Source: Scenedesmus sp. PABB004 (lineage: Eukaryota). Taken from it: a stretch of 64,000 nt of DNA. Location of the stretch: contig JABVCE010000002.1 of the NCBI GenBank assembly GCA_014905635.1, positions 434,001 to 498,000 of the forward strand. Direction: 5' to 3'. Made by a program: the position numbers and the translations under genes. Under the pieces are notes generated by a model. That model was not told the origin of the DNA, searched no databases, and saw nothing but the letters and a program-made list of their open reading frames with translations. Positions 29,553 to 44,714 of this stretch are shown piece after piece. The first letter of the stretch is position 1, and every line of letters starts with the position of its first letter.

Positions 29553-31097
29553 TCAGCCGCCGCCGCCGACGCCCGCCGCGGCCGCGAACGCGGGCACGAG
29601 CACGGCCGCGCCCTTCCGCACCAGCGCCGGTATCGGCAGCTGGGTGTAGATGTGGGGCTCGCCGGGCTGCTCGTGGTACACGAGGTTGACGCCCGGCGAG
29701 GCGGCGCGCGCGCGCGCCACGAAGCGCCGGATGTCTGGCGTCATCGCCTCGGCGCCCCCCGCGACAACGAGCAGCTGCCCCACGGGCGCCACGAGGCCGT
29801 CGAAGCTGCCCAGCAGCGCGGGCGACACGAGCGGCTCGCAGAGCGCGCCGTCGGCGTCGCCGCCGCCGGGGCCCGCGGCGTCGATGTACATTTCGCTCAC
29901 AAACTCAGCCTCGCGCATGCTCACAAAGTCGTGCTCAAACGGCGCCGCCGCCGCGGCTTCCGCGGCCGCGTCGCCGGCGCGGCGCGCGGCGGTGATGGCG
30001 CCAAACACGCTCGCGGGCGTGAAGTCGATCGCCGGCGAGATGAGCACAAGCGCACTGGGCGCCGCAAACGGCGCCGCCGCGGCCGCCTGCGCGGCGCGCG
30101 CCTCGGCGCCGGCGAGCGCGTGCGGCAGCGCGCGGCCGTCACGCAGGAACGCGAGGCAGGCGAGCGCCAGGTTGCCGCCCGCGCTGTCGCCGGCTGCGGC
30201 GCGCGCGGCGGCGGCGGCGGGGCGGCGCGTTGGCGCGTTGGCGCGCGGCAGCGGACCCCGCGGCTGGCCCGCCGCGCCCACGCGCACCCACGGCCACGGC
30301 CTCGCCCTCGACCAGCTGGCCGCGCAGCCACTCGTACGCGTCTGCCGCGGCCACGAGGGCGGCCGGGAAGGGGTGCTCGGGCGCGAGGTGGTAGCCCACC
30401 GACAGCACGCGCGCCGCCACGCGCCGCGCCGCGAGCTCGCGCAGCCAGAGGCACAGCACGGTGTCGTACATGCGCGGGTGACCGGCCTGCGCGCGGCGGG
30501 GCGCGGCGCGGCGTGCGTCGGGGGCAGCCGCCGCGCGGGGCGCGCGGCAGGCGCGCCGCGCCTCCACGCGCGTGTGCGCGCGCCGCGCGGCGCACGATGA
30601 AGCCGCCGCCTGCGTGGCCGCGGGCGCGGGCGGCGGGGGAGGCGCGCGGCCGCGTCGGCGGGCGGGCGCGCGCTGCGCGGCGCCTCGGAACCGGCCTCAG
30701 CGCGCCCGGCGCAGCGCGCCCGGCGGCGGCGGCGCGCACCGTGCAGGAACATGATGGCCAGCCGGGCCGTGGGGTTGGCTGGGCGGTCCGCGGCGGGCAG
30801 CTCCAGCCAGTAGCTCGCCGGGGTGGAGGGCTGCCGGGTGAGCTGGTCGCCGGGCACGCGCGTGACCACCAGGCCCGGCGCGCGCTGCGTCGACAGCGCG
30901 ATGAAGTTTCGCCAGTGCTGGTGCGTCCCCACGGTGAACAGCACCCTCATGAGGTCAACCATCAGCTCCTCCCCCGCCGGCCAGGCGTGAGGGTGCGCAG
31001 CGCGCCCCACGCGCCGGCACACCTGCCGCCCCGCCCACCGCGCGGCGGCATCGGCCAGCGCGGCGTACAGCTTGACCCGGGCGGCGGCCGCCTCCAT
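29553..31097 (-). CDS. HSL-family (Abhydrolase_3) esterase/lipase
   Basis: Spliced MFLHGGGFIAG, YHLAPEHPFPAAL, AGDSAGGNL, LVLISP, VSPAL and GEPHIY motifs; three introns. Confidence 0.92.
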   Translation of the reverse strand: MEAAAARVKLYAALADAAARWAGRQVCRRVGRAAHPHAWPAGEELMVDLMRVLFTVGTHQHWRNFIALSTQRAPGLVVTRVPGDQLTRQPSTPASYWLELPAADRPANPTARLAIMFLHGARRRRRARCAGRAEAGSEAPRSARPPADAAARLPRRPRPRPRRRRLHRAPRGARTRAWRRGAPAARPARRLPPTHAAPRPAARRPVTRACTTPCCASGCASSRRGAWRRACCRWATTSRPSTPSRPPSWPRQTRTSGCAASWSRARPWPWVRVGAAGQPRGPLPRANAPTRRPAAAAARAAAGDSAGGNLALACLAFLRDGRALPHALAGAEARAAQAAAAAPFAAPSALVLISPAIDFTPASVFGAITAARRAGDAAAEAAAAAPFEHDFVSMREAEFVSEMYIDAAGPGGGDADGALCEPLVSPALLGSFDGLVAPVGQLLVVAGGAEAMTPDIRRFVARARAASPGVNLVYHEQPGEPHIYTQLPIPALVRKGAAVLVPAFAAAAGVGGGG

Positions 31098-31435
31098 GGC
31101 GGCGCGGGGCCCGCTGAAATGGCCGCCGCTGGCCGCCGGCGGTCGCTGCTGCCGCTGCTCGCTGCTGCGCCGCCGCTGCCAGCCCGGCCCACGACGTGCG
31201 TGTCTCCCGGCGCGCGCGCGTGCGCTCAGCGACGGGGCGAGCGTTTCGAGCTGCCGCGCAGCAGCGGCGGGTGCGGGTGCGGCGGGTGGCCGCGCGGCGT
31301 CGCGCGGCGAGCCGAGCGTTCGATTGCTGATCGAGGCGACTGCGGTTCCGAGGCTGCAGACGAACAGTTCAGGGCCGCCGCACTTGAAATTGCGCCGTCA
31401 CGCAGCGCGGCCGCGCTTCAGCGCGCCGCGGCCCT

Positions 31436-34104
31436 TCACTGCGCCGCCGGCTCGCCCGCCCCCTGCTGCACCGCCGCCACGGCGGCCGGGTCGTCGCCGG
31501 GCGGCGGCGCGGCCGGCACGAGGCTGGCCTGCCACGCGGCGAGGGCCTGCTGGTACTGGCGGCAGCGCGCCTGCTCCTTGGCCAGCTTGCGCTCGCGCCG
31601 GCCCAGGCGCTCCTGGGTGCGGCGCAGCTGGTCGAACGACCGCTTCAGCAGCTCGCGCTGCGGGCGGCGGGCGCGCGAGCGAGCACGCGCGGCGGCGGCG
31701 GCGGCCGGGTGGGTCCGGCCGGGTCAGCGGGCGTGCGCGGCGCGCGCGCGCGCGCCGCGCGGCACGCACGCCGCACCTTGCCGTACAGCTCCTCCTGCAC
31801 CGCCTTGATGTGGCCCACCAGCGCCTCCTGGCTCATCGCCAGCAGCTCCTCGCCGCGCAGCAGCGTGACCTCGGCCTGCGCGCGCGGCAGCGGCAGTGTC
31901 GCGCGCGCGGCGGCGGCCCTGCGGCGGCCGGGCCAGCGCCGCGCAGGCCCGCTCCGCGCTCCGGGCGCGCACGCACCTTGACCAGATCTTCGGCGGTCCG
32001 CACGGGCGCGGGCGCCTCCGCCGCTGCCTCCGCTGCGCCACCGTGCTGCGGCTGCTGCGGCGGCAGAGGCGGCGCGCCCGCAGCCGGCGCCGCCAGGGCG
32101 CCGGCACCCAGGCCGGCGGCCGCCGCGGAGAGCATGGCCAGGCCCTGCACGGGCGCAGACGCCGGTGGCGCAAAGCCGCCCTCCTGCGCTGCGCCGGGCT
32201 GCTCCTGCTGCTGCAGGGGCGCCGCTGGCTGCTGCAGCTGCTCCTGCGCGCGCGCCGGCTGCAGCAGCTCCTGCTCGCGAGCGCCGTCAGGCGCACGCAG
32301 CACCCCGGTCGACGGCTGCGCAGCCGGCGCGTCGCCCGCCGCCGCGGCGACGGGCGGCTGCGGGCCGAAGCCAGGGCCGCTGCCAGCCGCGAGTCCCAGT
32401 GCCGCACGCTGCTGCTGCCGCTCCTGCGCCTGCACGGCCAGCGGCTGCTCCTGCACCGCCTGGCGCTGCGCCGCAGCGCGCTGGCGCAGCTGCTGCGTGT
32501 GCCGCGCCAGCGCCGCGGCGTCCGCCGCCGCGACCGCCGCCGCGGCGGCGTCCAGCAGCTCCTCGTGCGCGACGTCCGCCGTGGCCGCTGCGTTGGCCAT
32601 GTGCACGTCGTGCTGCGACTGCTGCTGCGGCGCGTGCGGGGGCGCGCCGGCGGCCGCCGGGGCTGCCACCAACTGCAGCGCCGCGGCGTCGAGCAGGGGC
32701 ACGTGCAGCACCTGCTGGCCCAGCGGCATCGCGCTCAGCGCGTGCTGCTGCGGCTCAAACGCGCCCGCGTCGCCGTCGCCGTCCAGCAGCGGCGCGTGGT
32801 CGTCGCCCGGCCCCGCCTCCTGCTCCTCCCCCTCGTCCTCGTCCTCCTCCTCGCCCTCGTCGCCGCCCTCGTCGCCCGCGAGCGGCGGCACAAACACGCC
32901 GTACTGCGGAAAGTGCTGCGGGAACTGCTGCGACGCGAGGCTGGCCACGGCGGCCATCTGCTGCTGCGCCAGCATCGCCGCCTGCAGGTGCTGCTGCATC
33001 ATCATCGCGCACGCCATGTCCTGCGCGCGCGCGTGGGCGGGCGCGGGGCGGGCGCGCGTCGTCCGCGCGTCGTCCGCGCGCGGCCGCGCGGCGGCCGCCG
33101 CCGTCGCCGCGGCCAGCCCGCCGCGCCGCGCCGCGCCGCGCGCGCACGTCGTCGCCGCCCGCGCCGTCCACGGTGACCGGCACGGCCCAGTAGGGCGTCA
33201 GGCCCGCCTGCTGCAGCGACAGCACGTCCATGCCCTGCATCGCCAGCCCTGCGCCGCCCGCCAGGCCCATGTCGAGCAGCGCGGCGCCGCCGACGCTGCC
33301 GTCGTCGTCGTCGCCGCCCGACGAGCGCCCCCGCCCGACGCGGCGCCGCCCGCGCCGCGCGCCGCCGCCGCCGCCCGAGTTGGTGCCGCCGCCGCCCTCC
33401 TCGGTGTCCTCGCCGTCCACGTCGCTGCCCTGGGCCTGCGGGGAGCCGCGCGTCGGCGCGCGGCCTGCCGCCGGCGCCGCGCGGCTGGCGCAGCGCCGGC
33501 GGCAGGAGGCGCACCCGCTTCTTGGCGCGGTAGTTTCGAAAGTAATCGCGCACGAGCGGCAGGCTGCGCAGGCACTTGGCGTGCACGCGCGTCTCCTCGC
33601 CCGTCGGCCGCGCGTCGCCCCACACGCCCTCCGCCGAGCGCTCGTACCTGCGCGCGCGCGCGGTCACGCACAAGCGGCGGCGGCGGCGGCGGCGGCGGCG
33701 GCGTGAGCGCGCCGCCCGCGCCGGCCGCACACGCGGCAGCCCGGCGGGCGCGGCGGCGGCTGCGGCGGGCGCGGCGCGCACCACTTGCTGATCTCGTTCG
33801 TCGTCGGGCGGCGCCCGAGGCGCTCGAGCTCGCTGCGCCACCAGTCGTTGAAGGGCTGCCAGAATCGAAGCGGCCGGCGGTCGGGCGCGTGCTTGCTGCC
33901 CAGCAGCGCGCTGACGCCGCCGCCACGGCCGCGCCCGCGGCGGGCGCCGCTGCGGGCGCGCGGCCGGCCGCGTGCGCCCCCCGCGCCGCCGCTGTCGCCG
34001 TCCTCGTCGCTGGTGTCGTAGCTCACGCGTGCGCCCGCCGCAGGCACCACCTCCGCCTTCGCGCCCTCCAGCCCCAGCGCCATGCCGCCGGGGGCGCCGT
34101 CCAT
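31436..34104 (-). CDS. Atypical homeodomain-like protein with Q/A-rich region and C-terminal coiled coil
   Basis: Spliced LGRRPTTNEISKWYERS..SLPLVRDYFRNYRAKKR resembles homeodomain helices 2-3; C-terminal LLKRSFDQLRRTQERLGRRERKLAKEQ coiled coil; stop at 31436. Confidence 0.6.
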
Positions 34105-34606
34105 GATCCTGGCGCGTGGGCGCGCGTGCGCGCGCGCCGGCGCGGCGGCGTCGGCGCGCGCGGACGCGGCCGCTGCTGTCGGCCGCGCGCGCCGCCCGCT
34201 GCCGGCGCGCCAGGCGGCGCCCGGGCCTGGAGCCCGGCACGGCACGCACCTGGGGCCGTGCGCAGCGCCCGGGCGGCGAGGCGAGCGGGCGCCCCAAGGC
34301 TACAGCTCGCGGGTCGGCTCTGACCAAGGCGCGCAGGTGGCTCCCCTGGACGCAGGGTGGTGCCCGGAACTGCGGGCTGGCGGATGCCAGTGGCGCCGGC
34401 GGCGGGCGGGCGCGGGCGGGCAAGGACAGCGCAACAGCCCGCGGTTCGAGCGCCCCCACGCCACCGATGGGGCGCCCGGCCCATCGCCCGATCTCCAGAC
34501 CCGCCCGCCGCGCACGCTGCCGGGGGCTGCGCGTGCTGGCCGCCGGCCGCGCCGCGGCGCCGCGGCGGCAGCGGCGCGCGGGCGCCACTGCTGCGCGCCG
34601 CGCGCG

Positions 34607-35631
34607 ATGGCGGCGCTGCCGCAGCTGGCCAAGGCCGCGGGCCTGTGGGACGCCTGGCACGACGGCCACGTGGGTGGCGGCGGCGTGGACCGCCGGCGCG
34701 GCGCCGCGCGAGCCCGCGCCGAGCGGCGCTGCCGGCCGGCGCGCCGACCGCCGCTGCCGCAGGCGGGCGCCTGCCAGGCGCTGGGCTCGGCGGCCAACAT
34801 CCTGGAGCGCCTGGAGGTGCGGGCCGCCGGCCGGCCGGCCGGGCAGCAGCGCCCGCAGCTGCGCGCCGCGCGGCGGACGCCAAACAGCTCACTCGACGCA
34901 GGTGCTGGGCGACGGCGCGTCGCTCGCGGCGCTGGCGCTGCCGCCGGACGTGCAGCGCGGCGTGCTGGCCAAGCAGCTGGCGTCGTTCGACCGCGCGCTC
35001 GCGGCGCTGCACGGCCGCCAGTGAGCCGCCAGCGGCGGCGGCGCCGGGCGCGGCGCGCGGCGGCGGCGGCGCCGGGCGCGGCGCGCGGCGGCGGCGCCCC
35101 CGTATGCCGCGCCGCGCGGCTCGCGCGGCGGGCCGCCGCCCACGCGCGCGACCACCCCCCCTCCCCGCCACCCGCGTGCCGCGCAGCACGGCGCTCCGGG
35201 GCGTCGTGCGCGACATGGAGCGGCTGCACATCGAGGCGCAGCGCGCGCTCAACGGCGCGGCCGGCGGCCTCGCCGCGGTCGCGGCCGCGGGCGGGCCGGC
35301 GCCGAGCGCGCTGGCGTGCGCCGAGGCGCTGCAGGACATGTGGTGCGCGGCGCGGTTGGGGCCGGCGGGCGGCGGGCGGCGGGCGGCGTCGCCCCGCGCA
35401 CCGGGCCCGCCGCTCACGCCCGCGGCCGCGCGCCGCAGGGCGGCGTGCCGGGACGAGCTGCTGCTCAAGGTCGCGGCCGCGAGCCTGGTCACGCCGGGCA
35501 TGGCGTCAGGCGAGCTGGAGCACCTGCGAGCCTGCTACGCGGGCCAGCCGCACCTCGCCGCCGCGGGCCTGCGCGTGCGCGCCGTGCTGTCGCTCGCGGC
35601 CGAGGCGGCGCCGCCGCCGGCGCCGCGCTGA
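34607..35631 (+). CDS. C1orf109 (AIRIM)/At5g43822-like protein
   Basis: Five exons give W..ALGSAANILERLEVL..VLAKQLASFDRALAAL..LRGVVRDMERLH..PSALACAEALQDMW..DELLLK..QPHL, matching my recollection of the family pattern. Confidence 0.7.
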
Positions 35632-35747
35632 GCAGGAGCTGAGTTCGCGGTGGGAGAGAGAGCTGCTGCGCGCTGCTTGGGCGCCGGGCGAGTTCGCGTC
35701 TGGCAACTCGGCGGGCGCGCGATGGGCATTCGCGCCCTCGCGCATGA

Positions 35748-39238
<3,491 letters not shown>

Positions 39239-39845
39239 GGCGACCGGGCGCGGCGGCGCCGCCCCGGCGCGCGCTGCAGGCGCCGCGCGCGCCGGGGCGG
39301 CGCGGGGCTGTTGTCGGGGGCGGAGGGGGACGGCCTCGGACGGACGCGGGGCGGGGCGGGGGCGCGAGCGCGGGCCGGCTGTACAGACCTCCGGCCCTAG
39401 AATAAGCTGTGCTTTTGGCCGCCCTGCCTGATTGCCGCGCCGGCGGGCGGCGCGCGGCCGCGCCGACGCGCGCGCGCCGGCGCGCCGCCGCGCGGGCAGC
39501 ATCAGCTGCAACAGGCTGGTGCCGCGGGCCTGTGGTGCAACCGCAGACAGGCACACACGCCCGCGCACGCAGCCGCACCGGGGCGCACGCGTCGCCGCGC
39601 CCTGCGCCGCGCCCGTGGGGCCGCCGCGTCGCGCCACCGCACCGCTCCGCCCCGCCGGCCGTGCACACACCGCCCCTCCAGGCCCGCCTCTGGCAACCAA
39701 CAGCGGGCGCCCCACCCGTCGTTAGCGGTCTGTCGACGGGGCATCACAGAGCCGGCCTCCACACCTCGCCCCAGGGGCGCCGGGCGCGCCCGGGCGCCGC
39801 CCCGTGGCAAGGCCGGCGTCCCCTAAGCACCTCCAGCAGGCAGGC

Positions 39846-42740
39846 ATGGCGGAGCTGGACCCCTTCGACGAGGGCGCGGCGTTCGAGGTGCGCTCGCCCC
39901 GCCCCGGCGCCGTGCCGCGCTGCCGGGGGCCGTGCGGGGCGCACGCAGCCGGCAAACCGCGCCTGCAACAGGCGGCGCCCCGCGGGCGGGCGCCTGGCGC
40001 GCCGGCTGGCCCGTGGCGGCGGGGCGGAGGCGCCGCTGCTGCCGCCCACGCACGCCGCTGCCGGCTCCCTCAGGACGCGCCGGGCGTCGGCGTGGACGTC
40101 TTCGACGCGGAGGCGCCCAACTTTGCGCCGTCGGATGAGGAGGAGCTGGTCGATGCGGAGCTGGCGGCCGAGCAGCAGCAGCTGGAGGGGGGCAGCCCGC
40201 AGCAGCAGCGGCGGGCCGCGGCCTTCCTCGACGACGCCGCCGACGACGATGACGACTACGGCGGCGGCGGCGGCGACGAGGCGCTAGCGGACGGGGACGA
40301 GGAGCAGCTGCAGCAGCAGGAGCCCGAGCAGGCCGCCGCGCGGGCGCGCGACGGCACGGCCGAGCGCCGCAAGGTCCTGCTGGCGCTGGCCGCGGGCAAG
40401 AAGCTCGCCAGCAAGGTGCGCGCACAGGGGTGCGGGGGTGCGGGCGCCGGCCGCAGCGCGGGCGCGGGCCGCGCGCCCGGCCGCTCGCGCCGCCGCGCGG
40501 CCAGCCGCGCGCCGGCCAGCCGCGCGCCGGCCAGCCGCGCGCCGACGAGCCGCGCGCCGACCTGCGCCCGCGCCCGCGCCCTCCGCCCGCGCGCCGCGCC
40601 GCGCAGCGCGGCGACGAGTGCGCGCCCAAGAAGAAGAAGCACAAGGCCGACCGCGCCGAGCGCGGCGGCCGGGAGGAGCGGCGCCCCGCGCGCGCGCGCC
40701 GCGCGCGCGCCGGCAGCGCCGACGCGCCGCGCGGGGGCGGCGCCGAGGGCGAGGCCGCCGCGTGGGCGGGCGAGGTGCCGGAGGAGGAGAACGCGGTGGA
40801 GACGGAGGCGGACCGAAACTTCATCGACGACGACGGTGCGGGCCCAGACCGGCGGCGGCGCAGGCCCGCGCGGCGCGGCGCGGCACGCAGAGGCGCCTCG
40901 TTTGGGCAGGCAGCGCGGCGCGGCGGCCGCGCCGCACCGCGGCTGACCGCGGGGCGTCCCGCCGGGCGCAGGCGTGCCCGAGGACGAGCGGTACGAGGAG
41001 GACGAGGAGGCGCTGGCGGCGGCGGAGGAGGCGGAGGAGGCGGCGCCCGGCGAGGAGGTGCGGCGCGGCGCCGCCGGGCGCAGCGCGCGCTCGGCTGGCG
41101 GGCGGGCGCGCCGCGCGACGCGGCCCGGGCCGACGCCCGCGCCGCGCCGCGCCGCCGCGCTCGGGCGCAGGAGTATGGCGAGCCGACGTCGCTGGTCGAC
41201 GAGGTGATGCAGCGCCGCAAGCGCGCGCGGCGCAAGGAGAGCGACACGGACGTTGACAACGAGGTCATGTCCCTGGTCAGCATGGTGAGGCCCCCGCCGG
41301 GCCCCGCCGCCGCCGCGCCGGCGCGGCCGGCGGCGGCCGGCGGCGGCGGCCGTTGCGCGCCTCCGAGCCGCCGCGCCGGCGGCGCGCGCGTGTACCCGCC
41401 GCGGCGGCGGCCCGCAGATGCAGGCGTGCGCGGACAAGGACGCGGCGGCGATGGACGCGCGGCCGCCGCAGCCCGCGATCGCCAAGCTCAAGGCGCTGGG
41501 CGAGGTGGGCAAGACGCTGCGGCAGCGCAAGTACCACGAGGCCTTCCTGGCGGTCAAGGGACTCAACGCGCTCGCGGCGTGAGCGCCCGCGCCGCGCCGC
41601 GCGGCGCCGCGCGGGCGCGGCCACCCGCGCGGCTGTTTGCGCGGCGGGCGGCCGACCGCGCCGCTCGGCGCCGCGCAGGTGGCTGCGGCCGTACGGCAAC
41701 GGCACGCTGCCAAACGCCAAGGTGCGGGGCGAGCTGATCGGGCTGCTGGAGCTGCTGGGCCTCGACACGAGCCTCGACTACACGCGGGAGCGGCTCGAGG
41801 AGAGCGAGCTGGGCAAGATCGTCATGTTCTACTTCAAAAACCCAAACGAGTCGAGTGAGCGCGCGCGCGCGCGGCGGCGCCGGGCGCAGCCGTCGCCACC
41901 CGCAACGTGGCCGCGCGCGGCGCGGCGCGGGGTGGGCCGCCGACGCCGCGCCCGCCCGCCCGCCCGCCCGCCGCCGCCCGCCCGCCCGCCCCGCCCGCCC
42001 GCCCGCCCGCCCGCCCGCGCGCCCGCGTGCGCCCGGTGTCGGCTCGCGCCGCGTGCCCGCAGTGGCGCTGCGCTCCAAGTGCCGCGACCTCATCCAGGCC
42101 TGGTCGGCGCCCATCTTTGCGGACAACGACGAGGAGCAGCGCAAGCGCCGCCAGCGCGAGCGCGCGCACAGGCGCGCCGCGCGCCGCGCGGCGCGCGCCC
42201 CGGCGCGTGCCCGACGCGGCGCGGCGGCGCGGCGCACGTTGCGACCCCGGCGCGCGCACGCGCGCCCCGGGCGCCGCGCGCAGGCAGCGGCAGGCGGCGG
42301 AGCGCGCGGAGCGCGAGCAGCGGGAGCAGCGCGAGAAGGAGGAGGCGGAGCGGCGGCGCAAGCTCAACCCGAACCAGGAGGGCTTCCGGTGCGCCCGGGC
42401 GCGAGCGCGCGCGCCCTCACGTGCCGGGCGCGCCCGCGCGCCGCGCGCCCCTCGCCGTGGCCCCGCCTGGCCCCACGCCCGCCCGCGCCCCCGCAGCATG
42501 CGCGCGTCGGTGCCGGCGCCGAGCCGCATGGACTTTGTCATAAACCCCGGCAGCAAGCTGGAGGCGCTCGACGCGCCCGCGCCGCGGGCGGGCGGCAGCG
42601 GCGGCGGCGCGAGCGGGGGCGGCGCCAAGGGCCGCAGCCCCATCGGCGGGCGGCTGGGCAAGGTGCTGCAGGCGCGCAAGCGCGGCGTGAAGGACCGCAT
42701 CGGCGGCATGAGCGTGGAGGGGCGCGGCATCCAGCTGTGA
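39846..42740 (+). CDS. IWS1: IWS1/SPN1 transcription elongation factor (TFIIS N-terminal domain)
   Basis: Acidic N-terminus (DRNFIDDDG), then PAIAKLKAL, WLRPYGNGTLPNAKVR, LEESELGKIVMFY, CRDLIQAWSAPIF, RASVP..MDFVINP and MSVEGRG. Confidence 0.92.
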
Positions 42741-43203
42741 CCGCGGCGCGCTCCGCGGGCCGCGGCGGCGGCGCGGGCGTGGGCGGGCGGGCGGACGGTG
42801 CAGTTGGTGCAGGCGGCGGCCGGGGCCGGTGGGGTAACCACGGCACCTCCGGTCGCCGCAGGGCCCGCCGGCTGCCGGAAGCCCCGCAGGCGGCTGACGC
42901 GCGCGTCAGTGCCGCCGCTACGCCCCGCCGGCCGCTCGCGTGCCCAAGCCCCCGCTCCCCGCCTGCTCCGTGCCTCTTCCTTGCCCGCTTCACGCACCGC
43001 CCCACGCGCCGCCAGGGCCGCCCGACGCTGCGTGCGCCGCCGCCGCTGCGGCGTACACTCTTTCGTGTGCACGGCAGCTCAGCGCGCGCAGCGCCCTGCG
43101 CACCGCCCGTGGCGCGAGGCCAGCAGCACGCGCGGGATACGAGCGCGCCCGCAGCCAGCGGGCGACACAGCAGCGGCGGCGGGGCGGGCGCAGCAGCAGC
43201 GCG

Positions 43204-44496
43204 ATGGCGGCCACGCCGCTGCACGCCGCGGCGCACGCCGGCGACGTGGCCGCGGTGCAGCGGCAGCTGGCAGCCGGCGCAGCGGTGGACGCAGCAGGCA
43301 AAGAGGGCTGGCGCCCGCTGCACCTTGCCGCCAGCACTGGCCAGCTGGAGGCGGCGCGCCAGCTGCTGGGCGCCGGCGCGGCGGTGGACGCAGCAGACGA
43401 CAAGGGCTGCACGCCGCTGCACGTCGCCGCCCGCCCTGGCCAGCTTGAGGCGGCGCGCCTGCTGCTCGGCGCCGGCGCGGCGGTGGACGCAGCAGACGAC
43501 AAGGGCTACACACCACTGCACCATGCCGCCTGCGCTGGCCAGCTGGAGGCTGCGCGCCTGCTGCTGGGCGCCGGCGCGGCAGTGGACGCAGCATGCAATG
43601 GGGGCCGCGCACACCGCTGCACGTTGCCGCCGCCGCTGGCCAGCTGGAGGCGGTGCGGCTGCTGCTGGACGCCGGCGCAGCGGTGGACGCAGCAGACGAC
43701 GAGGGCTGCACAGCGCTGCACCTCGCCGCCCGCACTCGCCAGCTTGAGGCGGCGCGCCTGCTGCTCGGCGCCGGCGCAGCGGTGGACGCAGCAGACCACA
43801 AGGTCTGCACGCCGCTGCACCTCGCCGCCCGCACTGGCCAGCTGGAGGCGGTGCGCCTGCTGCTGGGCGCCGGCGCGTTGGTGCACACAGCAGACCACGA
43901 GGGCTGCACGCCGCTGCAGTTTGCCGTCAGCACTGGCCAGGTGGCGGTGACGCGGCTGCTGCTCGACGCCGGCGCGGCGGTGGGCACAGCTGACGACCAG
44001 GGCTTGCAGCCGCTGCACTTTGCGGCCGCCGCTGGCCAGCTGGAGGTGGCGCGCCTGCTGCTGGAGGCCGGCGCGGCGGTGGACGCAGCAGACGACGAGG
44101 GCCGCACGCCGCTGCGCATCGCGGCAGGTCTGGGCCGAGTGGAGGTGGCGCGCCTTCTGCTCGACGCCGGCGCGGCGTCTCACACGGCGGCGCAGCTCGC
44201 GGAGGTGGTGGCGTCAGGCATGGATGCAGCCCAGACCTTCACCGACGCGGACAGGCAGAGCGGATGCCTCCGTGCGGCTGCGCTGGTCGCCAAGCGCCTT
44301 GCCGGCGCCGACGGCGCGGAGCTGCACGCGCTCGTGACCGCCCACCCCGACCTGGGGCTCGCGCTGGCCGATGCCTGGCGCGCCGAGGTGGCAGGCACCG
44401 ACGCCGCACGCGCCGAGCTCGCGGCGGAGCGCGCACAGCTGGCGGCGGAGCGCGTCGCCGTGCAGCGCCTGATCCTGGCCGCGGCGGGCATGCTCC

Positions 44497-44532
<36 letters not shown>

Positions 44533-44579
44533 CCGGCGGGCGCGCGCCGCGGGCGACCAAGCGGCGGCGCGCGCGCTAG
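43204..44579 (+). CDS. Intronless ankyrin-repeat protein, copy 2 (N-cap plus 9 repeats); 2-bp frameshift near 43607 (pseudogene or assembly error)
   Basis: Paralog of 16137-17153 with a near-identical C-terminal region. Repeat 4 reads GGC CGC GC ACA CCG where the unit predicts GGC CGC ACA CCG. Confidence 0.88.
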
Positions 44580-44714
44580 CCGTGCGTGCCCCCAGCGCGG
44601 AGGTGCGTGCCGCTGCCGGCGCGCTGTGTTAAGTTGTGCGCACGGGCGTCTGTGTGACGACCAGGGCAGTTGCAACAGCTCTCGAGTGTCCCGCCGGCCG
44701 CACGCCCGCCACCG

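Noticed and set aside
27620..31097. Two adjacent alpha/beta hydrolases as a tandem duplication or metabolic cluster
   Set aside because: They belong to different families (GQSMG Hydrolase_4 versus GDSAG HSL) and share no evident sequence similarity or pathway neighbours.
43250..44180. Regular 99-bp repeat with variable inserts resembling a CRISPR array (also 16570-17080)
   Set aside because: The units are in-frame ankyrin coding repeats, the context is eukaryotic and there are no cas genes.
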